Assembly: GCA_026936335.1 (NCBI GenBank) | Contig: JAPMXV010000076.1 | Coordinates: 109,531-173,530, forward strand | Reading direction: 5' to 3' | Length of the DNA: 64,000 bases | DNA from: Mantamonas sphyraenae STR306 | Taxonomy: Eukaryota > Protista > CRuMs | Shown here: piece after piece, positions 10,993-22,802 of the stretch | Layout of the letters: each line of letters begins with the position of its first letter | How positions within the stretch are numbered: position 1 is the first letter of the stretch | Translations under genes and position numbers: made by a program | The notes under the pieces: generated by a model | The model's input: only the letters and a program-made list of their open reading frames with translations | Told to the model about the DNA's origin: nothing | The model's database searches: none

Positions 10993-13900
10993 TGGGGAAG
11001 GGTTTAGGGGGCGGGCGCAGGTGTGGTGACGCAAAAGTCCCGGTTTCACATAAGGTCGCCGGGCGCTGGTTCCTGAAACCGTCTGTGTCACGGGGCTCTG
11101 GGCGGCTTCACAGGCATCCATTCCTGAGTAGAATGTCGATATAACCCTAACCCCAACTGTAGCTTCCACATGGTACGTGTGTCAACATCCCTAACCCATA
11201 CATCATTGCCCAGCAGGCGCTCGACGACTCAAGGCAAACGCGCGAGGACACAACAGCCATCCACGATGCTGTGGGCATACAATGGTCGACGAGACCGCCT
11301 TGTTCATTGACCCTGTGTGTGAAGCTGCACACCAACATCCTCTTCAACTGCGCTACACTCCTCCACAGGCCCTGTTGTCTCGCAAGTGGCGAGGCCCCGA
11401 GCGCTGGTTGCTTCTTGCTTGCCCCGCAGGGCCGCTCCACACTGCCGTATGCCACAAACGCCCTCTGAGGCCCTTTCCTGCACATTGGATGAGCAAACCT
11501 TGCGCTCCATGGCCACCCACAGATGAGTTTCCGGCGTGTGGGGGGCCGGGAAGGCTGGGGCGACAAATACCCGTTCTGGTCGCGTAACCAACGTTGTCTC
11601 TTGGGCGTCCCCAGTCGCTATCATTGCCACTGCTGCCCTTTGTACCCATCTGCTGGCCATTGTGTCCCCACCACTTCAACCCTGAGCCTTTTTGGGCCAC
11701 CTTTCGCGGGTGGGAACGACGCGCTCCCGGATCACCGCATCCCCCGCAACGGCGAACCGTCTCCCTACTCGCAGGCACCCCTGCGATCCACTGCTTCGTC
11801 GACACATGCTCTCTGCATCCTCTACACTCTACCCGTACTGGACACTGCTCTCTCACATGCTCCCCTGTCCCCCCAAGTGCGCGTTTGTGCTCGGCGCTTC
11901 CCGCTCCTGCTCTGGGTTCCCTCTGCTCCTCCGACTTTCCAATCCCACATGTGGCTGGCTGACCAACACACCCCCCAGCACACACACACAGCACACCCTT
12001 CTCCGTGCATGCATCTGCATCTGGTACGCACTTGTCGACCTGCGCAACCCAAACACGCCTTCCTCACGCCCCTGCGAGTGGTTGTGTTTTTTTGGTGCCA
12101 AACCACGTCCTTTTCGCGCGCTTTCTTCCTTCCTTAAGTGTGCATGCACGCCCACGCCCCCCACTATTGCGTATTCCCACCCGGGTGCGGTGGTCCTACG
12201 GCCAGCACGCACAGAGCGCCTTTCACCACACAAGACACACCCGCAAACACAGCCCCGCGCACACCTCTTTGCATGCGTGCACGTCAGCCTCCCGTCCGTT
12301 CTATGTCCCACAGACCTCCCTTGCCGTGTTAACGGGCGCCAGACTTTGCGGGCGTCCAGCTGCTTGTGTTACACGCACCCGCAATACACCCACACTCCCC
12401 CCGTGTCTGTTGCTATTCCTCCATCCGTGTTGTCGTCTCACCCATGCCCATACACTGTGTACGTGTTTCGTGTTCCGAAGGTTGATTGCCATGGTGTGAG
12501 ACGCAGGGCAGGCGCGAGGGTCAACCCAACCCTCCAACCCGGCCTGAAGTCCAAGTACATCCACTCAGAGACCCCCTCACGCCACATCCAACACGTCCAT
12601 TACACTCTACATGGACTTCCAATCCATTTGCATGTGTCTGTTGGCCAGTTTTGTGCCACACAGGCTGGTCACCGGCGTCCTTCCCACCTTTTGCCCCGCA
12701 GGGCCGCTCAGCGCTTTCGATGCCACACACGCCCTCAAAGACACCCTTTCCTGTACGTGGTATGTCCTTTCCATGCGGCGTATGACCGTGTTAGCCGCCG
12801 CCAGGGCCCACCCTCAGCACATATGCCTCCCAATATTCTCCTCCCACTCACTCTGTTTGCTCTGCCCACCCACAATCATCTCAGGCGCCCCTACCCCTCG
12901 TCTATGCCTCGTCCACACCAACGCACACCGATCCCCTTTGTGCCGTTGCCCTCACATCGACGTGGTCACGCGCAGAGAGCGACCACGCACATATCCGCCG
13001 CCTCTCAGCCGCGTCTCTCCCCTCTCCCCACCCCCTTAGGCATCCCCACGACTCCTGGCCGCGTCCACGCATGCTCTACATGTTCTACCCTCCATCCGTA
13101 CCGGTCATCATCCTCAAGCATGCTCTCTTTGCCCTGGCGAGCCCTCGCCGTACCCGCTGCTCCACTTTCGCGCCAAAACTCGCGTCACGCGCGCCTCTGC
13201 TCACCCTCCCTGATGCCCGTGACCATTCCCTGCCCATCCAACACACTCATCCACCACCACATCATCACCCCGTGCGTCGCACATGCCCCTTCACCCGACT
13301 TCCCGCTCGCCAACACCCAACACACCCCTCCCAAACACGCTGCGTCCCACCTTTCCTCGCCTTTTTTTGGCGCCAAAATCATGTCTCCACCGCCCCTTTT
13401 TTGTGTGCATGGACCTCCGCCTTCTCCGCCTTCTCCCTTCCCCGTGTGTGCTCCAGGTGTTACCCCAGGTGTTGCGACGCCCCTGCACCCCACCACACAC
13501 ACACATGCCGCTTGAAACCCCGCGCATGTGCCTCTTTGTGTGACCTCTCCGCGTTGAGCTGTGGCCACGCTGCGCCCATGCCTGTGTGCCAGCCACAAGG
13601 CGTCAAGAAGCGCACTGGCGGCCGTCCTTTGCGCCAACTCGCTCCCGGGTTCCAACGGTCCATCGTGGCAAAAGGGTGCACGGGGGTAGCAAACGCGGTG
13701 GCGACCACTGCGTCAATGCGTGGGCAGGGCCACACAGGACGGCAAAGAGCCGGGCCCAGCTCTCCACAACGAGGCTGGCACACATATGGCTGGATTGCCC
13801 TTTGCACGCTGCTGTTCGTATGCCAGTGGCACTGTGTGTCGTTGCACAGTTTCAATGTATCCGATTCTCCATCCTTTCTTCCTTCCAGGTCGACTCTGCC

Positions 13901-14999
13901 GCGACAACACCCGCGTCCCCGCCCCACCCACGCAAACGCAAACACAGACCATCCCCACGCCATCGGCGTCCCCACACACTCCCATGCACAGCCACAACCT
14001 GTGCATGCCATCATGACCCTGCACACCCCGCAACCACCTCACTCCTGTTGTCTCAGCAACAATTTCCTCTTTGGCCCCCGCGGGCCTCCTGGGAGCAAAA
14101 TTCCCCCAAAAAACCCTTTCGCAGGGCTATTTTCGCTATTGGCAACCAATCAATGGTCAACGCTACCACAACACAGCCACAAAACTTACCCAGCACCCAC
14201 ACCACCTCACCCAGCGCCCGTTCCTCAACATTCCCGACCTCTCTCTCGCGTGGCCCTCTCTCTGCCCCTTGCCCATGAGCCACCCATTCGACCCTGTCTA
14301 AGCACCGCCAGCCCCATTCTCACTCGTCTGCCGCCCTTCTCCCGCCTCCGCCTGAACACCCAACCAACTTTTCCCCATGCCCCACCCTCCCGCCCCTGCT
14401 CCACTGTCTCTTTGTTATCCATGGCATATGTCTCGTCCGCGCACCCACACACGTGATGCTGGTGCCCATACCATCGTACGATCGTACAGCGCCCGCCACC
14501 ACTCCCCCCCCCCCACACTCCCTACCACACTGCTTCTCTGCACAACCCCAACCACGCACCCATATGACCACTGTGGCCCCGTTCTGTATCGTTACTGCAT
14601 GCATTGAGCCCCTCCTGGCCCCCCTGCACGCACTCTGACCCCGACGACCCCCCTCGTCCGCCCTTCTGCCCAGCACAGCACCCTTTCCCCCCTCACCGTC
14701 CATACCACACATCCATCCACATTACAATACACCTACTCAACGCCCTTTCCACCCTTCCTCTGTGTCCTTCCCTGCACACGCGGAGCTCGGCAACCGACCT
14801 TCCCGTGTCTCTCCCCCCACACACCGCAATCATCATCAGCGTCCTCTACAACTCCCCCCACACATTTTCCAATACAGCTAAACACCCCTCCTCCATTATC
14901 ATGACCCAACATCACCTTACTGGCGAGATCCAGTGTGATCAAATTTCGGTCCCCATCCTGCCCAACATCCAACCAAACTCCGCAACCACACACGCGAAC

Positions 15000-15090
15000 T
15001 AGCCGTTAGGTTACCGTTATCCATTTTACCGCCATATCTTATCCAAACGGCTTGACAGGTAGCCGTTACACCGCCGGGACGGGTTCAAAT
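15000..15090. promoter_or_regulatory. Cluster of MYB/MSA-like CCGTTA sites plus TTCAAA (CHR-like) upstream of gene at 15139
   Basis: CCGTTA at 15003, 15014 and 15063; AAACGG at 15045; TTCAAA at 15084. Confidence 0.3.
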
Positions 15091-15138
15091 AGAAACGTTG
15101 CCGTCGCGCCGCCGGATCCAACACAACCCCAAACACCC

Positions 15139-17875
15139 ATGTCAAACCCCCGTCGCCGGAGCAGACACGTGTATGAGGAGGATGATTACTTCATGGACAA
15201 CAGCATGGACAGCATGGACAGCATGGACAGCATGGACAGCTTGGAAGAGGACGCTCCGCCGTCTGCCCGCCAGCGTGTTGCGGACGGTGACGGCCACCAT
15301 GACCTGTCCGCAGAGACGTCGTCTTTCATGGCCTCTTTAACGCGCAACACGGATCCAGATCCAACCCCGGACGATTCCTCTGAGTATGAAGCAACGCAGT
15401 TGGTCTCCACGCAAGACCGTCTGAGGATGTGTCATCTCAGCCTTTTCGACTCCCCCACCACACGTTAGTGCTTACTGCAACGGGTTTTCCACCAGCTCCA
15501 GGGCTCTACTCACACTCACAACACACGCACACACACGCACGCCAGTGGCCAACCTCAGCCCCGCCAAGGCTGATGAGCACCTTGCGAGCGTTCTGCCACT
15601 CAATGCAGACGCAGCAGAGGCGTCGGCGACATGTCTTTCAAAGCGTGTCCCTGCCCCCATCACCTCCTTGGACACGTCTGGCCTCGTTGGGGGGGATGAC
15701 GTGCATGCGCTCGTTGCCCAGTCGATCGGCCGCCTGCCATGGCTTCACTTGGTAGATGTGCTTGGTGCCTACATGCACATTCGCCTTGTGCATGCGCCTA
15801 CGCACAACCGGTCGATTCAGATTCGGCGAGGAGACCATGTGGTGCTCTCCGTCTCACCCGCGGACATGTACCGTGCCGAGCTGCGCTGGGCAAAGGCGAT
15901 GGACGACACGACTTTCTTCAAACGCTACCTGGACGAGCTGTGGACAGCCAAGATTTGCGTGCAGTACGTGGTGGGCAGCGATGCCCGGGACGTGTTTGTC
16001 GACGCACTTGTCACCCACAGTCCACACTCCATCGCCATGGCCCACCTGCTCGTCACCCAGTGGTCCCGAGAGCAAGCACTTGTGTCTGCACAAGAGCACG
16101 CTGGTGAGACATCCAACTCGCGCCGTGCTCTGGCTCTCTCGGTCTGCGTGTTTTCGATGCTGTTTGGTGACCACGACGCGGACCACGTCTACGACCCATA
16201 CTACCTCCACTCGGACTCCCAATACCCGCTCCTGCAACCCTTTATGTGTGTGCCGCCCGACGCCACCCTGGCCCACGATGCCACCAACCTTGTGTGGCCC
16301 ACCTCCTGGCCCACGATGCCGGGATCAGCCTCAGACCTGAACGCCGCCCACTTCTTCGCCTCGAATGCCTTTAAGCACATCGACCAGTGGCTGGCGAACG
16401 CCAAGGACAATGCCATGCTCTTCCTCTACCCCATCCGTGGCATCCGGGCCAGATCTCGCGCCCCAGTCCCGTTGCGAGATGCTCCTTACGCCCGTCGCGT
16501 GGCCCTGTTTGCCATCGCCTACGTTCGTCCACGCATGCAGCAGCTGCTTGCACAACATCTGCAAGAGGAGGAGACTGTGGAGGGGACGACCGTCCATGAC
16601 CTGCTGGTGGACCTCGTTGGCCAACATGGTCGCAGCAAGCTCCTGGGAGGTGTCAACGACTTGCCCCACATCCCCATTGACGCCTCTGTGTCCCGACGTC
16701 TGCGCACAGACTATGACCATTGCCCGTGGCACGGCTACGGGAATCGCACAGATGCTGTTGCGCACTTTCTCCGTCCATTGCTGACGTTTGCAGAGGCGGT
16801 GGAGTGTGTTATGCCCAACACCATCGACTGGCTTGCCGATGACATTTCTCAGCTCAAGGATCTGCCTCCTGACCTGGAATACGTGGATGCCGCTGCCACA
16901 TCGCGCAGACGCAAAGAGGCGCGTCACATGCTCAGCAACTTCAGCAGCAGCCCTCGAGGCAGCCTCGGCAGGCACGAAGGCACAGCCCAGCTACGCCATG
17001 AAAATGGCATTGGGAGTCACCCTCGTGCTCAACGCTCTCTTTTTGGCGCCACTTCCGAGGCATTTCAGCGCCAAAGAGTGTCCCGTGTGGCCACTCTGTG
17101 GGATCTCGACAAGCTAGGATACTTGGTGAAAGGGTGCATGTCGGATGCGGTGGAGGAGGCGCAGAAGGTGGTCAACGAGTGGGATGCAGGCCCAGGCCAT
17201 GGAACACCGGTCCTTGTCACTCAAGTGGAACTGATGGATGACAATGCCATCGGCTTGTTCAACGTCCAGGGGCACCAGTTCGTACTGCTTGTCATGTGGC
17301 AGCATGTGTGCGCCGTTGTGGCAACTGGTGATGATCAGCTGGGTGTTGTACGCAGGCTGTTGGACACTGTGAGTGTGGGTGGATCGCGCATTACGCGTAC
17401 TGTGTGCCCCAGCTTGCAGGTTGCTGTGATGGAGGTGGTGTCGGCATGGTACAAGGCGAACGTGCCGACGACCACGAGCTCAAGCTCAAGCTCAAGCTCA
17501 AGCAGCTCGGGTTCGTCTGCGGATGGCTGGCACGCCTTGGAGGGTGTGGTGACGCTGTGGATGGGTCTGGAAAGGGTATTCCGCAACCTTCGACCACCAT
17601 CTACCATGCATCTGGTCACGGAATGGGCGAAGGCCAGCAGCCAGGGCGCTGTGTTGTGTTTTCAGGTCGGACAGACATGCGGTGTGGGTTTCAACGAGAT
17701 TGTGTTTCTGCAGCAGCTGGACGGGAGCATTCCAGGGCTCCACGAGCAGTATCAGCTTCTCAGGGGCTGCCTCAGCGAGAACGTCGAGCTGCGGGTGAAG
17801 GATGTCGAGAAGGCATTGTGCGAGATTGTGGATCAGGAGAGAGAAGCACAGCGAAATGCAGAGCTGGTGTTTTGA
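15139..17875 (+). CDS. Orphan protein ~884 aa, two exons 15139-15463 and 15546-17875 (Y[LV][KR]PR family member B)
   Basis: A phase-1 intron (C|GTTAGT ... CTCAC ... CCAG|TG, 15464-15545) joins ORF 15052..15468 to ORF 15545..17875 in frame. Has an (ATGGACAGC)n MDS repeat and a poly-Ser tract. Confidence 0.75.
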
Positions 17876-18064
17876 GTGCCGTTTCGCCCTTGTTGTCAAA
17901 CTCGTCCACCTCAAATCCAAGCCCTCGACAAGTTGCCCAGAGTGCTGGTCCCTGGTCGAGCTTGACCAACTAACCCAAGATGTTGGTCAACTTTCCCACA
18001 TTTCTGGTCACAGAAGTCCCAATCAGGAGGCGAAGGCGAAGTGGGGACCCAACGCAAGTGCGCC

Positions 18065-18400
18065 GCCTTTGTTGTCAAGCTTGACCAACGCCACCCTTGT
18101 TGTCAAGCTCGACCAACGCCACCCTTGTTGTCAAGCTCGACGAACGCCACCCTTGTTGTCAAGCTCGACGAACGCCACCCTTGTTGTCAAGCTCGACGAA
18201 CGCCACCCTTGTTGTCAAGCTCGACGAACGCCACCCTTGTTGTCAAGCTCGACGAACGCCACCCTTGTTGTCAAGCTTGACCAACGCCACCCCTTTTTCG
18301 TCAAGCTCGACCAACGCCACCCTTGTTGTCAAGCTTGACCAACGCCACCCCTTTTTCGTCAAGCTCGACCAACGCCACCTTTGTTGTCAGGCTCGACTAC
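18065..18400. repeat. 28-bp tandem minisatellite, ~12 copies (cccttgttgtcaagctcgacgaacgcca), palindromic core GTCAAGCTTGAC
   Basis: Period 28 measured (18171 to 18199). No spacers. Degenerate outliers near 17885 and 17955. Confidence 0.95.
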
Positions 18401-18939
18401 CCCAAATGCCTTCGACAAGTTGCTCAGCGGCATCCAACGAGTGTCAAGTCGGATGAACCATATTTGATGTTTTGGCACGGGGTGTCACATTCGCCGAACT
18501 TCTCTCGTGCTCCACCTCGTCACTCACCTGTCCCCACAGTCCCCTGCATCCTCCAGTATCTATCCTTTCCTCCAATTGTCTGCTATCTGTTATCTTGACT
18601 GGAGACCAAACCCCTGGTCGCGTCAAAAGAGGTGACTACCGTTTTTGTCAAATCTGGCCGCAAAACTCTAGCCCACTCAGTCATCCCTTGCATCACCATG
18701 TTCACTAGGGGGTCACCATCACCGTGTTGGTGCGTGTGCTCGGTCTCTAGCCATTCGGCAAACGCTCACTTGTCAGATTCGTCAAGCAACCTTCTGCTCT
18801 CGAGTCTTTGATACGCTTCACAACGTTCATACGCCTTGGCCCATTGTTCCCGCCTCCAACATTGGTTCTCTTCAACCCACACATGTTGTGACGTCATGCG
18901 CAGCCGTAAGCACCAAAATCAAACCCAACTGCACGCAAC

Positions 18940-21006
18940 ATGTCTCTCAAACGCGTCTCCTTCGACACAGGCAGCAATCCTGAACTGGGTGACGAGTCTC
19001 ACACCATGGTAGGTTCATTGCTTCTGCTGGCCTGTGGCGTATGTGCTTCCCGTCACACAAAACTAGCCGTTCCTTTCGCCGCTCTGCGTTGTTGCCTCCT
19101 GCCGCTTCCTTGCATGCTCTCGCGCCGCACTCACCCCATCAACACCGTCCAACAGAGTGCCAGTACCATCTCTGCGCCTTTCCTGACAATGGCCGCCACG
19201 CGTACGCCGCCCAGAGGCGCGAGAAGGCAGGTCGCAGTGCGGGCCCGCGTTGACACCTCCGCCAAGTCCCCAGCTGTACTCGCACAACACACCACCTCCT
19301 CCTCAGCCCTGAACAACCATGCACCTGAGGAGTCCTGTGCGCCCGACTACAAGCGCCAGCGTGTGGCACATGCGCCGCACGCGCAGTCGTCGTCGTCGTC
19401 GTCCTCGTCGTCCTCCTCGTTCTTTGAGGCCTGCGCCACCATGGTGTCGAGCACCGACACGGCGACACTGGTATGCCACGACGCAAACATGCCTTGCCCA
19501 TCGGGCACCCACGTCTGCACCGTTGAGCTCCCGGAGCCTCTCTCTCTGCAGGGCGCAACCACACTGTTCGGTCCGGCCTCCCCGTTCCTGTCCCCGCTGG
19601 CCACTCGCCACGCCCAGTCCCTGGGCATGCTCGAGACCGATTCCATCAGCTTTCCACACAGCCCGGCTCCCATCCGGATCCTCTTTGTGCTGCTGGCCCT
19701 TGGACGCGTCCCGATCAAGCATCTGATGGGTATGTGCCACAACCACAAAACCCCGTACGCCATCCTCACTGCCCTCCTGGGCAACCGGTGTTGCGAGGTC
19801 TCCGTCTCATTCAACGTGTCCGATTGCCTGTCGCCCTTCACTGTGGTTTGGCACGCCACTCCGTACGCACTGCTCTGTGCAGAGGTGGACTTGGCCGTCA
19901 CGCATGGAAGCACCGAGTCGCTGCGTTTCCTGATCGAGTGGTGGTCGCCCGGCCTTCCCGGCCCCTACCTTCCTCGCACCCTCCACGCCATGCGAATGGT
20001 GCACCGCAGCCTGCTCGTGGCCCTCAGATACCCGTCCCAAGCCACCTCCAGCGTGGCCTTGTTGTTGTCCGACTTTCGTGCTCCGGTGACGTCCACCTAC
20101 ACACGCAGCACCAGTGATTTGGTCGCCATCGAACGGCGGGTCTCCGTTGCCACTGCGTTTCTGAGCTGGCGCACCTGTGGCGCATCCACCAAGCCATCCA
20201 CCATCCCATCATGCACCCTCGCCAGCGTTGTGGACAACCCTCTGTTTCTGCTGTCGTCCCACGTCCCCGAACCCGTGCTCCGCAGCCGCTCCTCCGTGCT
20301 GGACATCCCCGCCGACAGCGACGTGTGGCAGCACCCGCTGTGGACGACGCTGGACTCGCAGCTCCTTAAGCTTGTTCCGTCGGCCCCACGGGATGGCAGG
20401 GCACGTGTCTGTGTGACCGAAGATCTCGTGAGGAACCCACCCGTGCTCCCTGCATGGACCCAAGTGGTGGTGGTGGCCAGTGGCGAGGAGGGTGGGTGGA
20501 TGTCGGACCGCCAGCTGCACCATGGCTTGCGTGTGTTTGTCTCTGCCTACCTGCGTCCTCGGCTGCTTGCCCTCTTCTGGCAGGTGGCATGCTCGTCTGC
20601 TTACGGGACAACCCCACTCGAGGTCACCATGGCCCACAGCGGCTGTGCCGTGTTTGAGCGTCACAACGCCGACAAGGCCAACTTCCACCGCATCCTGGTA
20701 CGAAACCACACGGGTGCCGCGTGCAATGACGCCCGTCTGTGGGAAGCAACCGTGCGCAATCAGTGTCTGAGAGCCCACTTCCTGTGCCGATGGATGGCCA
20801 TCCTGCCTGTGGAAACCGATTGGATGGACGTGGGTGCCCACGTGTCTGTGCTCCATCCCGACACTGTGTCGGCACGTGACACTCCCTCTGCTCCACTCGG
20901 TGCCCTTCCTGCCGCCTTGTCCTTTCTCACCGCCTACGATGACCGCGAGGCTCCACGCAACGACGGTGACCACACAGAGCTTCCGCAGGCTTGGGACGAA
21001 CAGTAG
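18940..21006 (+). CDS. Orphan protein (Y[LV][KR]PR family member C); possible in-frame intron 19009-19155
   Basis: 688-aa ORF. ATG|GTAGGT donor and AACAG| acceptor are both in phase 0. Contains KRQRV and poly-Ser. Confidence 0.7.
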   Translation: MSLKRVSFDTGSNPELGDESHTMVGSLLLLACGVCASRHTKLAVPFAALRCCLLPLPCMLSRRTHPINTVQQSASTISAPFLTMAATRTPPRGARRQVAVRARVDTSAKSPAVLAQHTTSSSALNNHAPEESCAPDYKRQRVAHAPHAQSSSSSSSSSSSFFEACATMVSSTDTATLVCHDANMPCPSGTHVCTVELPEPLSLQGATTLFGPASPFLSPLATRHAQSLGMLETDSISFPHSPAPIRILFVLLALGRVPIKHLMGMCHNHKTPYAILTALLGNRCCEVSVSFNVSDCLSPFTVVWHATPYALLCAEVDLAVTHGSTESLRFLIEWWSPGLPGPYLPRTLHAMRMVHRSLLVALRYPSQATSSVALLLSDFRAPVTSTYTRSTSDLVAIERRVSVATAFLSWRTCGASTKPSTIPSCTLASVVDNPLFLLSSHVPEPVLRSRSSVLDIPADSDVWQHPLWTTLDSQLLKLVPSAPRDGRARVCVTEDLVRNPPVLPAWTQVVVVASGEEGGWMSDRQLHHGLRVFVSAYLRPRLLALFWQVACSSAYGTTPLEVTMAHSGCAVFERHNADKANFHRILVRNHTGAACNDARLWEATVRNQCLRAHFLCRWMAILPVETDWMDVGAHVSVLHPDTVSARDTPSAPLGALPAALSFLTAYDDREAPRNDGDHTELPQAWDEQ

Positions 21007-22403
21007 CGAAATGAAACCAACCATGGGATTCCGTGTTTGGAAGGTGTTGGGGACCAGTGGGACGTGTGGGATGGTGTGTGGGTTGTGGGTTGTGGGTTGC
21101 CTCTGCCCACTCGCCCCCGCCCCTACCCCTCGAACCTTTGCTCTTTTGGTGTCGTTACCACGATAGTTGACACCACACACACGTGTTGCCATACAATCCA
21201 TGTCCTCTGTCTGTTGCTTCCCGTTCGGATGAGGTGGGGACAGCGTGTGGGTGCATGCGTGCCCACCTTTAGTTGTGACGGCGGCAGAGGCACGGGTGAC
21301 GGCGGCTTGGGGCGTTCAAGTGGCACCCACACGTGCAGACTGACTGACTGCCACCATGAGCGACATCACTGCCACCGCCATGCGTGGTCATGGGACGAGT
21401 CGTGGCACTGGGGCGCATGCTTTGGGTACGTTCGGTCCACACACGTCGCTGGGCGGCGGCAAAACCAGGGAGCGGTGAGCGCGCCAAAACGCGGGACGCG
21501 CGGCCCCCGTCGTCGTTGTGGTCGTCGTCCGGGCGAAAGGAGGGTCAGACATGCACACATGTGCGATGACTGGAAGAAGCATTGGCTGGGTGGGGGGCAT
21601 CCACCTGCGCCATCTCCCACAGGAGGGAGAAGGTGGGTGGTGGGAGAGAAGCCAACCCAGCCAGGCGCGTCTGCGGTGCTTGCGGCGGCCCCCGTTTTCC
21701 CCTCAGTGGAAGGGAGGGTGGTGGGTGGGTGGGTGACATGTGTCCCACATGGTTGTGCGAATGCCCATGGTGGGGGGATTCCGGGTGGTGTCGTGACACC
21801 GTAGAGAGAGAGAGTGTGTGTGTGTGTTGTCCACGGACGTGTGTGTGTGGTCGTGCACGTCACACTGGGTTGGTTCACACACGATCACCCACTGCCACGA
21901 GAGTTCCTTGTATCCAAGGTGGTGAGGTCAAGTTGACGGGTGTGCATCATGGTGTAGGCAGGGTCTGGTCCACACCCGAGAGTGCACGTGGTGGTCCTCC
22001 TGGCGCAGTTGCTGTTGGATGAGGTGGATCAGAGAGAAGCAGAAGAACAGAGGGATTGATAAAAGAGGGGCTGCAATGGAGGATGGTGCCTTAACCCCGG
22101 CATCGTTGATGGTGGACACATCTGCAGGTGGGCAGGTTGGGTGCAGCTGCGTGGGTGTATGTGTGTGCGTGTGTGTGCTACCTGCAAGTTCTCGTGGGTG
22201 GAAATGTCCTTTCCATGTTCGATGGAGTGGTTCAGGTGCGCTTCAAAGGCCAGTGGACCACACAGTGGGGTCGAGGGCGTGCGTTTGTCGAAGCAGGACA
22301 AACGCTACAGACGCAAAGTGGACCGACAAGGTGGGTTGATGTCATAGTGGGTGTCTTGTTTGTTGGCAATTGTGGTGGGGGGGCTGCGTTCAATCTGCTT
22401 TCG

Positions 22404-22437
22404 TTTTGGCGGGAAGAAGGAGGCCAGTTGGCGCCAA
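22404..22437 (+). promoter_or_regulatory. Paired E2F-like sites TTTTGGCGGGAA + TTGGCGCCAA (repeated upstream of most array genes)
   Basis: Exact copies at 22404/22428, 25051/25075 and 28171/28195. Variants at 31326/31350, 36120, 46752 and ~50262-50294. Confidence 0.4.
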
Positions 22438-22802
22438 GAACAAAGTGTCACACGAACGACATGCTGCCTCTGCCCGCAAGCACCACAGCGGGCGAACGCT
22501 GGGCGATCGATCTGTTGTGTGGCTGTGTGATACGTGGGACGGTGCATCGCATCGCACACTGGGACGCCGGAGGGAGGCGTGGAGAGGGAAGGAGTGTGTG
22601 GTACTCGGCAAGCACAGCAGCAGCAGCATGCAACGCAGCTAACAACCATCACGTTCCTACAGACTCTGAAGGTGGGTGGATTGTGTGGTCATGAGACCAT
22701 GTGGGACGGACTGGTGGTGGAGAGGAAGAAAGGGGGTGGAGAGGTAGGAGCTTCAGGAAGTTGCTTCGTGTGCACGCGCTCACAAGGGGCAATGCAGACG
22801 AT

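Noticed and set aside
11200-15000. ORFs of 461-607 aa at 11692 and 13071
   Set aside because: P/H/T/S-rich translations of C/A-skewed low-complexity DNA with no domain signature. Treated as non-coding.
18065-18400. CRISPR array
   Set aside because: Units are directly adjacent with no unique spacers, there are no cas genes, and the context is eukaryotic.
22128-22694. Separate small gene repeated in array spacers (..FWREEGGQLAPRTK..)
   Set aside because: The frame is not preserved between copies. The conservation is better explained by recent duplication and promoter motifs.
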